A DNA stretch of 62,111 nt, counting the filler. It is 3 parts of 3 records of this genome, joined end to end, with 100 filler letters (N's around TTAATTAATTAA, not from the genome) between each part and the next. Parts side by side here need not be neighbours in the genome. Positions count along the whole stretch, not along the records: positions 1 to 19,213 come from SRR20825010_2863; positions 19,314 to 39,516 come from SRR20825010_2868; 1 more part is not named here. One strand, 5' to 3'. Shown here piece by piece: positions 18,497-27,635 of the stretch (its first letter is position 1; every line of letters starts with the position of its first letter). Below the pieces are notes generated by a model. The model made no database searches. It saw nothing but the letters and a program-made list of their open reading frames with translations, and was not told the DNA's origin. The translations under genes were made by a program, and so were the position numbers.

Positions 18497-19213
18497 ATGA
18501 CGACAGTAGACGAAATCGATCAGGACGAAATGGCAGCTGCCATGGCTGCTATGGATGATGAGGAAGAAGAAGCGCCTGCGGAACGCGTCTATCGTCCGTC
18601 ACCCGAACGCGTTCTCAATCAGGACGAAATCGATAGTCTGCTCGGTTTTGAAGTCGAAGACGAGGATGACAGCGAAAAGACCGGTATCGGCGCAATTATT
18701 AATTCGGCTCTGATCTCCTACGAACGTCTGCCGATGCTCGAAATTGTGTTCGACAGGCTTGTGCGCTTGATGACCACGTCCTTGCGTAACTTCACGTCCG
18801 ATAACGTTGAAGTCAGTCTCGACAATATCTCTTCAATCCGTTTTGGTGACTACCTCAATTCCATTCCCTTACCAGCCGTTCTGGCTGTATTCCGTGCGAA
18901 GGAATGGGACAATTACGGCATGTTTACCGTCGACTCCAACCTGATCTATTCGATCGTGGATGTGTTGCTGGGCGGGCGTCGTGGTACTGCGGCAATGCGT
19001 ATTGAAGGCCGTCCTTATACGACGATTGAACTCAATCTTGTACAGCGCATGATCGAAGTTGTGCTGCAGGATGCGAAAGCGGCTTTTGAACCGCTTTCGC
19101 CGGTTAATCTCGAACTCGACCGTATTGAAACCAATCCCCGTTTTGCTGCGATTGCGCGCCCGGCCAATGCGGCCATTCTTGTGAAGCTGCGCATTGACAT
19201 GGAAGATCGCGGC
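18497..19213 (+). CDS. fliM: Flagellar motor switch protein FliM (3' truncated by gap)
   Basis: RVLNQDEIDSLL; ERLPMLEIVFDRL; VDVLLGG; runs into the Ns. Confidence 0.95.
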
Positions 19214-19313
19214 NNNNNNNNNNNNNNNNNNNNNNNNNNNNNNNNNNNNNNNNNNNNTTAATTAATTAANNNNNNNNNNNNNNNNNNNNNNNNNNNNNNN
19301 NNNNNNNNNNNNN
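19214..19313. other. Artificial contig spacer
   Basis: 44 N + TTAATTAATTAA (stops in all six frames) + 44 N. Confidence 0.97.
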
Positions 19314-19357
19314 CGCAAACCGTCGAAAAGGACAAACAGAAAACGTGGCCGCGCCAT
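19314..19357 (-). CDS. 5' end of an alkaline phosphatase/nucleotide pyrophosphatase superfamily gene (truncated by gap)
   Basis: GAGGG RBS, then MARPRFLFVLFDGL(R), resembling the hhhhhDGLR metal-binding strand; only 14 full codons visible. Confidence 0.5.
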
Positions 19358-19463
19358 GGAAACCCTCACATAAAATCAGCGAATTGACGGCGGCATTGTC
19401 GGTCCGCTTTCAGGCGCGGGCAAGACAGCGCTCCATGAAAGCTCTGTGACAGTGCAAAATCAC

Positions 19464-19519
19464 AATAGTTCGATAAATCTAGAATTATCGTTGACTAAGC
19501 CGATTACCGGACATATTTT
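19464..19519 (+). promoter_or_regulatory. Putative ArsR operator (19464-19488) and sigma70 promoter (19491-19519)
   Basis: Imperfect dyad AATAGTTCGATAAATCTAGAATTAT; TTGACT-N17-TATTTT ending 6 nt before the ATG. Confidence 0.6.
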
Positions 19520-19525
19520 CACAGC

Positions 19526-19846
19526 ATGGACATAGAAACCGCCTCGAAATGCCTGTCGGAACTTGGCAACCCGCATCGCCTCGAAGCCTTTCGCCTGCTC
19601 ATCAAGGCGGGACCTGAAGGAGTGACCGTGGGGGATATTCAGAAGCATCTGAATATCCCGAAATCCACCCTCTCCCATCATATCTCGCATCTTGTCTGGG
19701 CCGGGCTGGCAAAGCAGGAGCGGGAAGGCCGGGTGCTCCGCTGCACCGCCAACTTCGAGCTGGCTGATGCCCTGGTATCGTATCTCTGCGCCGAATGTTG
19801 CAGTGGCCTCGACGTGGTGCAATTGGACGAAACGCAGAACGTTTGA
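19526..19846 (+). CDS. ArsR/SmtB family regulator with C-terminal Cys cluster
   Basis: LGNPHRL..FRLL; STLSHH; REGR; C-terminal CAECC. Confidence 0.9.
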   Translation: MDIETASKCLSELGNPHRLEAFRLLIKAGPEGVTVGDIQKHLNIPKSTLSHHISHLVWAGLAKQEREGRVLRCTANFELADALVSYLCAECCSGLDVVQLDETQNV

Positions 19847-19859
19847 GTTTTTTTGATCA

Positions 19860-19880
19860 AATAGTTCGATATTTCCGGAA
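19860..19880 (+). promoter_or_regulatory. Second copy of the putative ArsR operator
   Basis: AATAGTTCGATATTTCCGGAA, 17/21 identical to 19464-19484. Confidence 0.55.
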
Positions 19881-19894
19881 GGATCGGAAGAATT

Positions 19895-20941
19895 ATGACA
19901 ACAGCAGACCTGACGCGCACCCTCTCGCTCCGCTTCGGCCGGATCGACCGGGTCTGGATCGCAACCACGCTTATATTTATCGCACTCGCCCTCCTCGTTC
20001 CTGATCAGGTGGCAAAAAGTGCGGTCTTCACCTTCGAGTCCCTCCTGCATGTCGGCCCCTTCATTGTTCTTTCTGTCGTCGTCGCTGCATTCGCCCGGGC
20101 GAGCGGGCTCGATCACCAGATCGGCCGGGCCTTTTCGGGCAACGCGACGCAGGCAATCCTGCTGGCGGCCGCCTTCGGCTCCCTCTCACCCTTCTGTTCC
20201 TGCGGTGTGGTGCCGATCATCGCCGGCCTGCTCGTCGCCGGGGTTCCGCTGGCCCCGGTCATGGCCTTCTGGCTTGCATCGCCCCTGATGGACCCGGAAA
20301 TGTTCATCCTGATGACGCCGGTGATGGGCATGGAGTTCACCTTCGCGAAACTGACGGCCGCCTTCACCATCGGTGCCGCCGCCGGTTTTGGCACGCACCT
20401 GCTGGTCAAGGGAGGCGCCTTCAAGGATGCCTTGCGCCCCGATCTGGTCAAATCATGCGGCTGCGGCACCTCCAACGCCCTGAAGACAGAGAAGATCGTC
20501 TGGGGTTTCTGGAAGGACAAGGAACGCCGGGAAGCCTTCACCGGTGAAGCCAGAAGGTCCGGTCTTTTCCTGCTGAAATGGCTGACCCTCGCCTTCACTC
20601 TGGAAAGCCTGATGGTGGCCTATGTTCCGGCGGAACAGGTGGCAACCTATCTCGGCGGCGATGAATGGTGGACAATTCCGGCCGCGATCCTGATCGGCGT
20701 GCCCAGCTATCTCAACGGCTATGCTGCCATTCCTCTGGTCGGCGGGCTGATGGATCTGGGCATGACGCCCGCCGCCGGTCTCGGCTTCATGATTGCCGGC
20801 GGGATCACCAGTATTCCGGCCTCGATGGCGGTGTTTGCCCTGGTGCGCGGCAGCGTTTTCACCTGGTATCTGGCGCTCGGATTGCTTGGCTCCCTTGCCG
20901 CCGCTTACGGATTTGCCATCTATCTTGCAATTTTGGCATGA
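19895..20941 (+). CDS. ArsP-like (DUF318) permease
   Basis: PFCSCG motif, GVPLAPVMAFWLASP, cytoplasmic SCGC loop, multiple TM helices; next to ArsR. Confidence 0.8.
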   Translation: MTTADLTRTLSLRFGRIDRVWIATTLIFIALALLVPDQVAKSAVFTFESLLHVGPFIVLSVVVAAFARASGLDHQIGRAFSGNATQAILLAAAFGSLSPFCSCGVVPIIAGLLVAGVPLAPVMAFWLASPLMDPEMFILMTPVMGMEFTFAKLTAAFTIGAAAGFGTHLLVKGGAFKDALRPDLVKSCGCGTSNALKTEKIVWGFWKDKERREAFTGEARRSGLFLLKWLTLAFTLESLMVAYVPAEQVATYLGGDEWWTIPAAILIGVPSYLNGYAAIPLVGGLMDLGMTPAAGLGFMIAGGITSIPASMAVFALVRGSVFTWYLALGLLGSLAAAYGFAIYLAILA

Positions 20942-21063
20942 TATCCATGCGTAAGGTTGGATATTGCTTCCCAAAACGAGATACCTACCTTACCTGAACA
21001 CGCGACCGTCGCTCCTGAGGGGCGGCGGCTTCCACGGGCGCCGATAAGCGGCGGGAGGACAGA

Positions 21064-21882
21064 ATGGTGGATGCCAATCCAAAGCCGAAGGCAGTCGTCG
21101 ATCCGGTCTGGAGCTCTATGCTCGCCGATGCAGCCGAATGGGCGAAAAAGGAATCCGCTTTGGCAAGCTGGATGCATGCCAGCGTTCTGGATCAGCGCAG
21201 TTTCGAAGATGCACTGGCCTATCTGATCTCGCAGAAGATCGGTGGTACGGAGATGAGCGATCTCTCCGTCTATCAGGTCGTGCACAATGCGATGCTGTCC
21301 GACGCCTCCATCGGCGAGTCGGCCCGCGCGGATCTCTCCGCCACCTACGACCGTGATCCGGCCTGCACCAGCTATCTGGAGCCGTTCCTCTATTTCAAGG
21401 GCTTTAACGCCTTGCAGGCTTACCGGATCGGCCATTGGCTCTGGGGTCATGACCGAACCTTCCTGGCGAAATATTTCCAGAGCCGGATCAACAGCGTTTT
21501 CGGCGTCGACATTCACCCGGCGGCCCGCATCGGCAAGGGCATCATGGTCGATCACGGCACCGGCGTGGTGATTGGCGAGACCGCTGTTGTCGAAGATGGT
21601 GTCTCCCTGCTGCACGGTGTGACGCTGGGCGGTACCGGTAAGGAAACCGGCGACCGTCATCCGAAAATCCGGCGCGGCACCATGATCGGCGCCGGGGCAA
21701 CCGTGCTCGGCAATATCGAAGTCGGTGAGTGCTCCCGCGTCGGCGCAGGCTCCGTCGTGCTCAAGAACGTTGCAAAGAACACGACCGTCGCCGGTGTTCC
21801 GGCAAAAGTGGTCGGCAATGCCGGCTGTGCCCAGCCGGCATTGTCCATGGATCAGCGGTTCTATTCAGAAGAATACGATTAA
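21064..21882 (+). CDS. cysE: Serine O-acetyltransferase
   Basis: DRDPAC, FKGF, VDIHPAA, DHGTG, TLGGTGKETGDRHPKI. Confidence 0.96.
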   Translation: MVDANPKPKAVVDPVWSSMLADAAEWAKKESALASWMHASVLDQRSFEDALAYLISQKIGGTEMSDLSVYQVVHNAMLSDASIGESARADLSATYDRDPACTSYLEPFLYFKGFNALQAYRIGHWLWGHDRTFLAKYFQSRINSVFGVDIHPAARIGKGIMVDHGTGVVIGETAVVEDGVSLLHGVTLGGTGKETGDRHPKIRRGTMIGAGATVLGNIEVGECSRVGAGSVVLKNVAKNTTVAGVPAKVVGNAGCAQPALSMDQRFYSEEYD

Positions 21883-21925
21883 GGAACGGAACCGCACCCA
21901 GAGCTACTTACCCATTCGGCTCTAG

Positions 21926-22735
21926 TTATGCGTTCGTCTGGGGCCAGATCCCGCCGAGCGCCGCCGTTGCTTCCCGGGCAACCGAGCAGACGATCTTGCC
22001 GAGCTTGTCGATCCTCTCATCCGTGATCCGCGCTGTCGGTCCGGAAATGGAAATGGCGGCAAGCGGCTCGCTGTGATGGCCGAAGACGGCGGAGGCGACG
22101 CAGCGCAGCCCCACCGAATGCTCCTCGTTATCGATGGCGTACTCAACCTCGCGAACCCTCGCCAGTTCCTGCTCCATGCGCGGCAAAGCATCGATGGTGC
22201 GGCGGGTCTTGTGCTCGGAGCCGATCCGCGTCAGCAGCTTTGAAACATCATCCGTCCGCAACCGGGCCAGCAGGGTCTTGCCAACGGCCGATCCGGCAAT
22301 GGGAACGCGCGCGCCCGGCTTCGCGAATGCCCGCATCATCTCCCGGCATTCGACCTGGGCCAGATAGACCATTTCGTCATGATCGCGGACAGCCAGGTTC
22401 ACCGTCTCCCCGCTCTCCTCCATCAGGCGCCGCATATAGGGCCGGGTAATCGCCACCAGGTCGCGCGTGCGCAGGAACGCGTTCCCCACGGCGAAACACT
22501 GCACGCCAATCTGCCAGGCCCCGCGCTCGGTATCGAACCGGACATAGCGTTCCTGCTGCAGCGTGGTCAGCAGCCGGTGCACGGTCGATGGCGGTAATGT
22601 CACGGTATGGGCAATTTGTGTAAGGGTCATGCCGTCTTCGTCGGCAGCCAGCGCGTTCAGGACGCTGATGGCGCGTGCAACGGACTGGATTTGGCCAGAT
22701 CGCTCGGAATCTGATCGCTTCGAAATTGCGTTCAT
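21926..22735 (-). CDS. IclR family transcriptional regulator (AllR/BhcR-like); start revised to 22735
   Basis: QSVARA, STVHRLLTTL, GETVNLA, SAVGK, DNEEH..GLRCVA, ISISGP. Confidence 0.9.
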   Translation of the reverse strand: MNAISKRSDSERSGQIQSVARAISVLNALAADEDGMTLTQIAHTVTLPPSTVHRLLTTLQQERYVRFDTERGAWQIGVQCFAVGNAFLRTRDLVAITRPYMRRLMEESGETVNLAVRDHDEMVYLAQVECREMMRAFAKPGARVPIAGSAVGKTLLARLRTDDVSKLLTRIGSEHKTRRTIDALPRMEQELARVREVEYAIDNEEHSVGLRCVASAVFGHHSEPLAAISISGPTARITDERIDKLGKIVCSVAREATAALGGIWPQTNA

Positions 22736-22939
22736 GAACTCGGTATCTTCCCTGTGTTTTTGTATACAATCTTTTTTCCTGAACCGGTCCGTTGAATTGC
22801 CGATTTCCGGCATCTTAGATTTCCGTATCGTGGGATACAATTGCATTTTGAGAATGAATTGTTCCGATTAGCGTTTGCTCCGCACACAAGGCTACGTTAA
22901 GCCGGATCAGGATCAGGCTTTGGACCGTCAGTCAGACAC

Positions 22940-24001
22940 ATGCGCATTCTCGTCACCGGCGGCGCCGGCTTCGTTGGCTCCAACCTCAGCCTCGCCTTCA
23001 AACGCGACAACCCAAACGCGAAGGTAATCGCAGCGGACAATCTGAAACGCCGCGGTAGCGAGTTGAACCTGCCGCGCCTGCGCGCGGCGGGTGTCCAGTT
23101 CGAACATGCCGACATCCGCGATCCGAATGACATTGCAGCTCTCGGCCCGATGGACCTGCTGGTCGAATGCTCCGCCGAGCCATCCGTTCAGGCCGGATAT
23201 GCCGGAAATCCCGCCTATCTGGTCGATACAAATCTCCGCGGCACTCTGAACTGCCTGGAGGCGGCGCGGACACACGATGCGACTTTCGTGTTCCTTTCGA
23301 CCAGCCGGGTCTACCCGATTGACCCGTTGCGTGCGCTACCGTTCGAAACGGAGAATAACCGTCTGGTTCTGCCGTCCGGCGCAACCGGGGCGGGATGGTC
23401 CGGGTATGGCATTGCTGAAGACTTCCCGCTCGCCGGTCACCGTTCCCTCTACGGCGCGACCAAACTGAGCTCGGAGCAGTTCATCGAGGAATATCGTGCG
23501 GCCTTCGGATTGAAGGCCATCATCAACCGCTGCGGCGTGCTGGCGGGCCCATGGCAAATGGGCAAGGTGGATCAGGGTTTCATGAGCCTCTGGGCAGCCC
23601 GCCACCTTTATGGCGGCACCCTGTCCTACAACGGCTTCGGCGGTTTGGGACATCAGGTCCGCGACGTACTGCACGTGGATGATCTGTATGAGCTGATCGC
23701 CCTCCAGCTCAATAAGCCGGAGCTGGCACTGAAAGATGTCTGGAACGTAGGCGGCGGGAAGGACAACGCACTCTCTCTGAAAGCACTGACGGACGCCTGC
23801 GCCAGCCGATCAGGGCGCAGCTTGAATATTACCAGTAATTCCGAGACGAACCCGGCCGATATCCCCTGGTTCATCACCGATGCCCGTCAGGTCTCTAATG
23901 CCTTCAACTGGCACCCGAAGAGAACGCTCGATAACCTTCTCGATGAGGTTTTCGAATGGCTGGAAGCCCAGCGCACACTGCTGGAGCCCTTGCTGAAATA
24001 G
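22940..24001 (+). CDS. NAD-dependent sugar epimerase/dehydratase (CDP-paratose 2-epimerase-like)
   Basis: TGGAGFVG, YGATK, QVRDVLHVDD. Confidence 0.88.
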   Translation: MRILVTGGAGFVGSNLSLAFKRDNPNAKVIAADNLKRRGSELNLPRLRAAGVQFEHADIRDPNDIAALGPMDLLVECSAEPSVQAGYAGNPAYLVDTNLRGTLNCLEAARTHDATFVFLSTSRVYPIDPLRALPFETENNRLVLPSGATGAGWSGYGIAEDFPLAGHRSLYGATKLSSEQFIEEYRAAFGLKAIINRCGVLAGPWQMGKVDQGFMSLWAARHLYGGTLSYNGFGGLGHQVRDVLHVDDLYELIALQLNKPELALKDVWNVGGGKDNALSLKALTDACASRSGRSLNITSNSETNPADIPWFITDARQVSNAFNWHPKRTLDNLLDEVFEWLEAQRTLLEPLLK

Positions 24002-24011
24002 GAGATGCCCG

Positions 24012-25277
24012 GTGACGGAAGAACAGAACAAGTCGTTCCCCCACAATACTGAACTCCTGCAAATTTTCGCCCCAGAACGAGTTGCCGCATTTGTTCAAGA
24101 AATCTCAAGCTACCTGTCGCGGAATGGAGCATCAGTAGCTCACATTATGCCGCTAGCATGGCGCATCGGACATCTCGCGATGGAGCCTCATGCTCTCTGG
24201 GAGCTTTTCAAGGAAAGCCACGACCGCCAAATCATTGTCATTCCGTCGGCATCCATGGCCACGCATAGTGGGGGAGTGCGAGCGGTGATTGAGCCGTTTA
24301 TTACAATCGCCGAAACGACGAATAGACATGCTCTGCTTATGGGGCACTTCGATGCAGGGGCTCTCAATGTCAGCCCCCTCACCTGGTACCAGCGTGGTCC
24401 GGCTGGACTTCTCGACGATTACATTAAATTTCTCAACAACAATGGCCGAAAGCCGCACCATTTCCCCGTTCCGGAAACAGTATCATCAGCCACGCGGGTA
24501 TTTTGCGAGAGACGAGGTATCGCCGAGAGTGACCGAATTGTCATTCTCAACGTTCGCGACCGTAATTTTCTGCCTGAGCAGGAGACGCATTTCTACCGCA
24601 CGGCAGATATAACGACCTACGAACCTGCAATCCGCTACTTGCTTGATCAGGGATACTGGGTTCTGCGCACCGGCCTTATGGGTTCGGTCGAGACACCTTT
24701 CACCCACCCGCGCTATCTCGATATCTGGAAAGAGCCGGATTATACGGACATGCTTGATCCAGGGCTTATCGCGCGCTCCCGCTTCGGCATCACCTGCTCG
24801 TCCGGCCCTGAGGCCGTTTTCCGAATCCTGGGCGTGCCGCAACTCCAGGTTAATGGCGTCCTGCAGTCAGGCATGTGGATGAACCCTCACGACAAACTGG
24901 TGTTCAAAAACTATCACACAATCGATGACGGCAAACCGGCGCGTCTTCGTTCGATGCTGGAGCAAGGTGTGGCCCTCTATTCCGATATCGAGAATGTCGC
25001 AGGGTGCGGATTTGCGGTGGAGAACAACACCGCAAATCAAATCCTTGAGGCTGTGATTGAAATGGAAGCCTCGCTTTCCGGAGCACATCGCCCCGACGAA
25101 ACGGCAAATCGGAGATTTCTGGAAATCGGCGCAGAGTACCAAGCTTTCCTCGGTAGTAGCGGCCACCCAGCAGATCGAAGATCAGTTGCCCGCCGTCAAA
25201 CCCAATACGGCTATGCCTTACCCTGGACACAACTCGCGGACAGTTACGTGAAATCTTATCCAGATTTTCTTGAATGA
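24012..25277 (+). CDS. Putative glycosyltransferase, TIGR04372-like (copy 1)
   Basis: RIGH, LNVRD, R.ADI.TY..AI..L...GY.V.R.G and FGITCSSGP motifs. Confidence 0.65.
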   Translation: MTEEQNKSFPHNTELLQIFAPERVAAFVQEISSYLSRNGASVAHIMPLAWRIGHLAMEPHALWELFKESHDRQIIVIPSASMATHSGGVRAVIEPFITIAETTNRHALLMGHFDAGALNVSPLTWYQRGPAGLLDDYIKFLNNNGRKPHHFPVPETVSSATRVFCERRGIAESDRIVILNVRDRNFLPEQETHFYRTADITTYEPAIRYLLDQGYWVLRTGLMGSVETPFTHPRYLDIWKEPDYTDMLDPGLIARSRFGITCSSGPEAVFRILGVPQLQVNGVLQSGMWMNPHDKLVFKNYHTIDDGKPARLRSMLEQGVALYSDIENVAGCGFAVENNTANQILEAVIEMEASLSGAHRPDETANRRFLEIGAEYQAFLGSSGHPADRRSVARRQTQYGYALPWTQLADSYVKSYPDFLE

Positions 25278-25476
25278 ATGAGGGCGCATGAAATCTCCAT
25301 CTGGATTATCGCATTTACCTTTTGCATTGTCCCCGATGCTCCGCTGCATTAAGCCAAGTGAACATAAGCTTCAAAAAAGTAAGTCAGCGCATGGACATTC
25401 TCTTAACGGGCAACGGTGGCTTAACAGGGCAAAGGTGGATTGGATTTACACATTCTGCTCGTCTGAGCGCTGACTG

Positions 25477-26745
25477 ATGATAGACTCCTCCGGCCCCCGC
25501 CGTCTTACCGAAGAAGAACTCAGAAACGCCTTTGCTCCCGAGCGTGTAAGCCGCTTGATCCAAAGTCTTGCCCCCTATCTGGCACAAGAAGGCCGAACCG
25601 CCCTGCATATCTTGCCGCTCGCGTGGCGGATGGGGCATTTCGCCATGGAGCCGCATGCCTTCTGGGAGCTCTTTGGAGCCGATCATGCCAGACTGGTCCT
25701 TCTTACGCCCGACCGCTCAATTGCCCAGCAAAGCCTGGGACTCAGGTCCATCCTTGAAAATATCATCGAATTGGCAGAGACCAGTGACGGTGACGTTTTG
25801 CTTATGGGGCAAATAGGAGCAAGCATAACGCGGGCAGATAAGTTTACTTGGAATCAACGCGGTACAACGGGGCTGATCGACGATTACATCAAGGTCCTGA
25901 TGAGTCCGGGCCGACGCCCCCGTCACTTCCCCGTCAGCCAAGAAGTAACAAACGCAACGAGCAATTTCCTCGAAACACTCGATATTTCCTCTTCCGACCG
26001 GATAGTCGTGCTGAACGTCCGCGACCTTAATTTTCTGCCCGAGTTGAAAGTACATGCCTTTCGAGCGGCAGACATAGCGACCTACAAGCCGGCCGTCGAG
26101 CACCTGATCGAAAACGGCTATCGGGTTTTGCGCATCGGAGTCGATGATTCAATCCCGCTCGGACTGGACCATCCTCATTATCGCGAAGTCTGGAAAGAGT
26201 CTGGATACTCGACCCTGCTTGATCCCGGGCTCATCGCCCGCGCTGAATTCGGTATAACCTGCTCGTCCGGCCCTGAGGCCGTCTTCCGCGTCCTGGGCGT
26301 GCCGCAGCTTCAGGTTAATGGTGTTCTCCAATGCGGTATGTGGATGAACGACCGCGACAAGCTGCTCTTCAAGACCTATCGCAAGATTGAGGGCCGCCGG
26401 GTCGCCAGCTATCGGGAGCTTCTCGGCGCTCATGTAGCTGCCCGGCGGGCAACAGCGGAAGCCCTTGGAGAGGTCGGATACTTCATAGAAGACAATACCG
26501 GCGATGAAATCCTGGCCGCAGTCATGGAAATGCAGGAAGCTCTTTCCAATGATCACGCAGGGGACCTGACGGCCCGAAAACGCTTTCTGGAAATCGGCAT
26601 GGATTATCATGCCGTGCTTGAAGCCGGTGGTGAGCCAACCGACCCGACATCAATCTCCGCCAGACAGACTCAATACGGATATGCTCTCCCCTGGACGCGG
26701 CTCGCGGACAGCTACCTGGACACCCACCCGGACTTTCTTGAATGA
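25477..26745 (+). CDS. Putative glycosyltransferase, TIGR04372-like (copy 2)
   Basis: Full-length paralog of the preceding gene with the same motifs. Confidence 0.65.
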   Translation: MIDSSGPRRLTEEELRNAFAPERVSRLIQSLAPYLAQEGRTALHILPLAWRMGHFAMEPHAFWELFGADHARLVLLTPDRSIAQQSLGLRSILENIIELAETSDGDVLLMGQIGASITRADKFTWNQRGTTGLIDDYIKVLMSPGRRPRHFPVSQEVTNATSNFLETLDISSSDRIVVLNVRDLNFLPELKVHAFRAADIATYKPAVEHLIENGYRVLRIGVDDSIPLGLDHPHYREVWKESGYSTLLDPGLIARAEFGITCSSGPEAVFRVLGVPQLQVNGVLQCGMWMNDRDKLLFKTYRKIEGRRVASYRELLGAHVAARRATAEALGEVGYFIEDNTGDEILAAVMEMQEALSNDHAGDLTARKRFLEIGMDYHAVLEAGGEPTDPTSISARQTQYGYALPWTRLADSYLDTHPDFLE

Positions 26746-27620
26746 ACAAATTCGTGCAGGTCGCCGCGCCGGCTATTTTCGTCGCACTCTGGAGTTCGGC
26801 GTTCATCGCCGCGAAATTCGGCCTGACGCATGTCGAGCCGCTTACGTTCATGGCAAGCCGGTTCGGCCTTGTGACTGCAATTTTTGTCATTATCGCCCTG
26901 ATCACCGGCGCCCGGTGGCCACAAACCATACGCGGCGCCTTCGACATCGCCGTTGTCGGCTTCTTTCTGCACGCAATTTATCTCTCGAGCATCTTCATCG
27001 CCATTCACAGCGGCATGCCTTCCGCACTGGTCGCCCTCGTCACCGGACTTCAGCCTGTTCTGACCGCCATTGCGTCCGGCCTCTTTCTCGGCGAGCCGCC
27101 GACAGGCCGGCAATGGCTGGGCTGTTTTGTCGGTTTCGCCGGTATGGTTCTGGTTCTGTCCGACCGGATGAGTGTCGATGGCGTCAGCATGACCGGTATC
27201 GGCCTTTCGGTTCTGGCCCTCGCCTCGATCAGCATCGGGACGCTCTATCAAAAACGCTATGCGACCGACATGAACCTGATCACGGGCAGTGCCATCCAGT
27301 GCGCGACCGCTTTTCTCGTCACTCTCACCGGGGCCGCGCTGTTTGAAAGCATGGTCCTGGTCCTCGAGCCTGCCTTCATCGGCGCCTATCTCTGGCTTTC
27401 TCTCGTCGTCTCGCTCGGGGCCTATTCGCTGCTGATGACATTGATCAAGCACGGTCAGGCCACGAAGGTGGCAAGCCTGTTTTATCTCGTGCCCCCGACA
27501 GCGGCCGTCATGGCCTATATCGCATTCGGGGAGGAAATCACGCTTGTCGCCGGAAGCGGCATCATGGTGACGGCAATTGGGGTTGCTCTGGTTGTGCTTC
27601 CCCAATCGAGAAAGCGCTAA
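26742..27620 (+). CDS. DMT/EamA family transporter
   Basis: LWSSAF, LQPVLTA, GTLYQK, SLFYLVPP; about 10 TM segments; ATGA overlap with the upstream gene. Confidence 0.9.
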   Translation: MNKFVQVAAPAIFVALWSSAFIAAKFGLTHVEPLTFMASRFGLVTAIFVIIALITGARWPQTIRGAFDIAVVGFFLHAIYLSSIFIAIHSGMPSALVALVTGLQPVLTAIASGLFLGEPPTGRQWLGCFVGFAGMVLVLSDRMSVDGVSMTGIGLSVLALASISIGTLYQKRYATDMNLITGSAIQCATAFLVTLTGAALFESMVLVLEPAFIGAYLWLSLVVSLGAYSLLMTLIKHGQATKVASLFYLVPPTAAVMAYIAFGEEITLVAGSGIMVTAIGVALVVLPQSRKR

Positions 27621-27635
27621 AAGCTTTCATGAGGC

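Noticed and set aside
19258-19269. TTAATTAATTAA inside N runs (also 39561-39572) as a repeat or CtrA site
   Set aside because: Synthetic six-frame stop linker
22820-22837. TTCC-N7-GGGA as an IclR operator
   Set aside because: Weak single dyad with no second copy to support it
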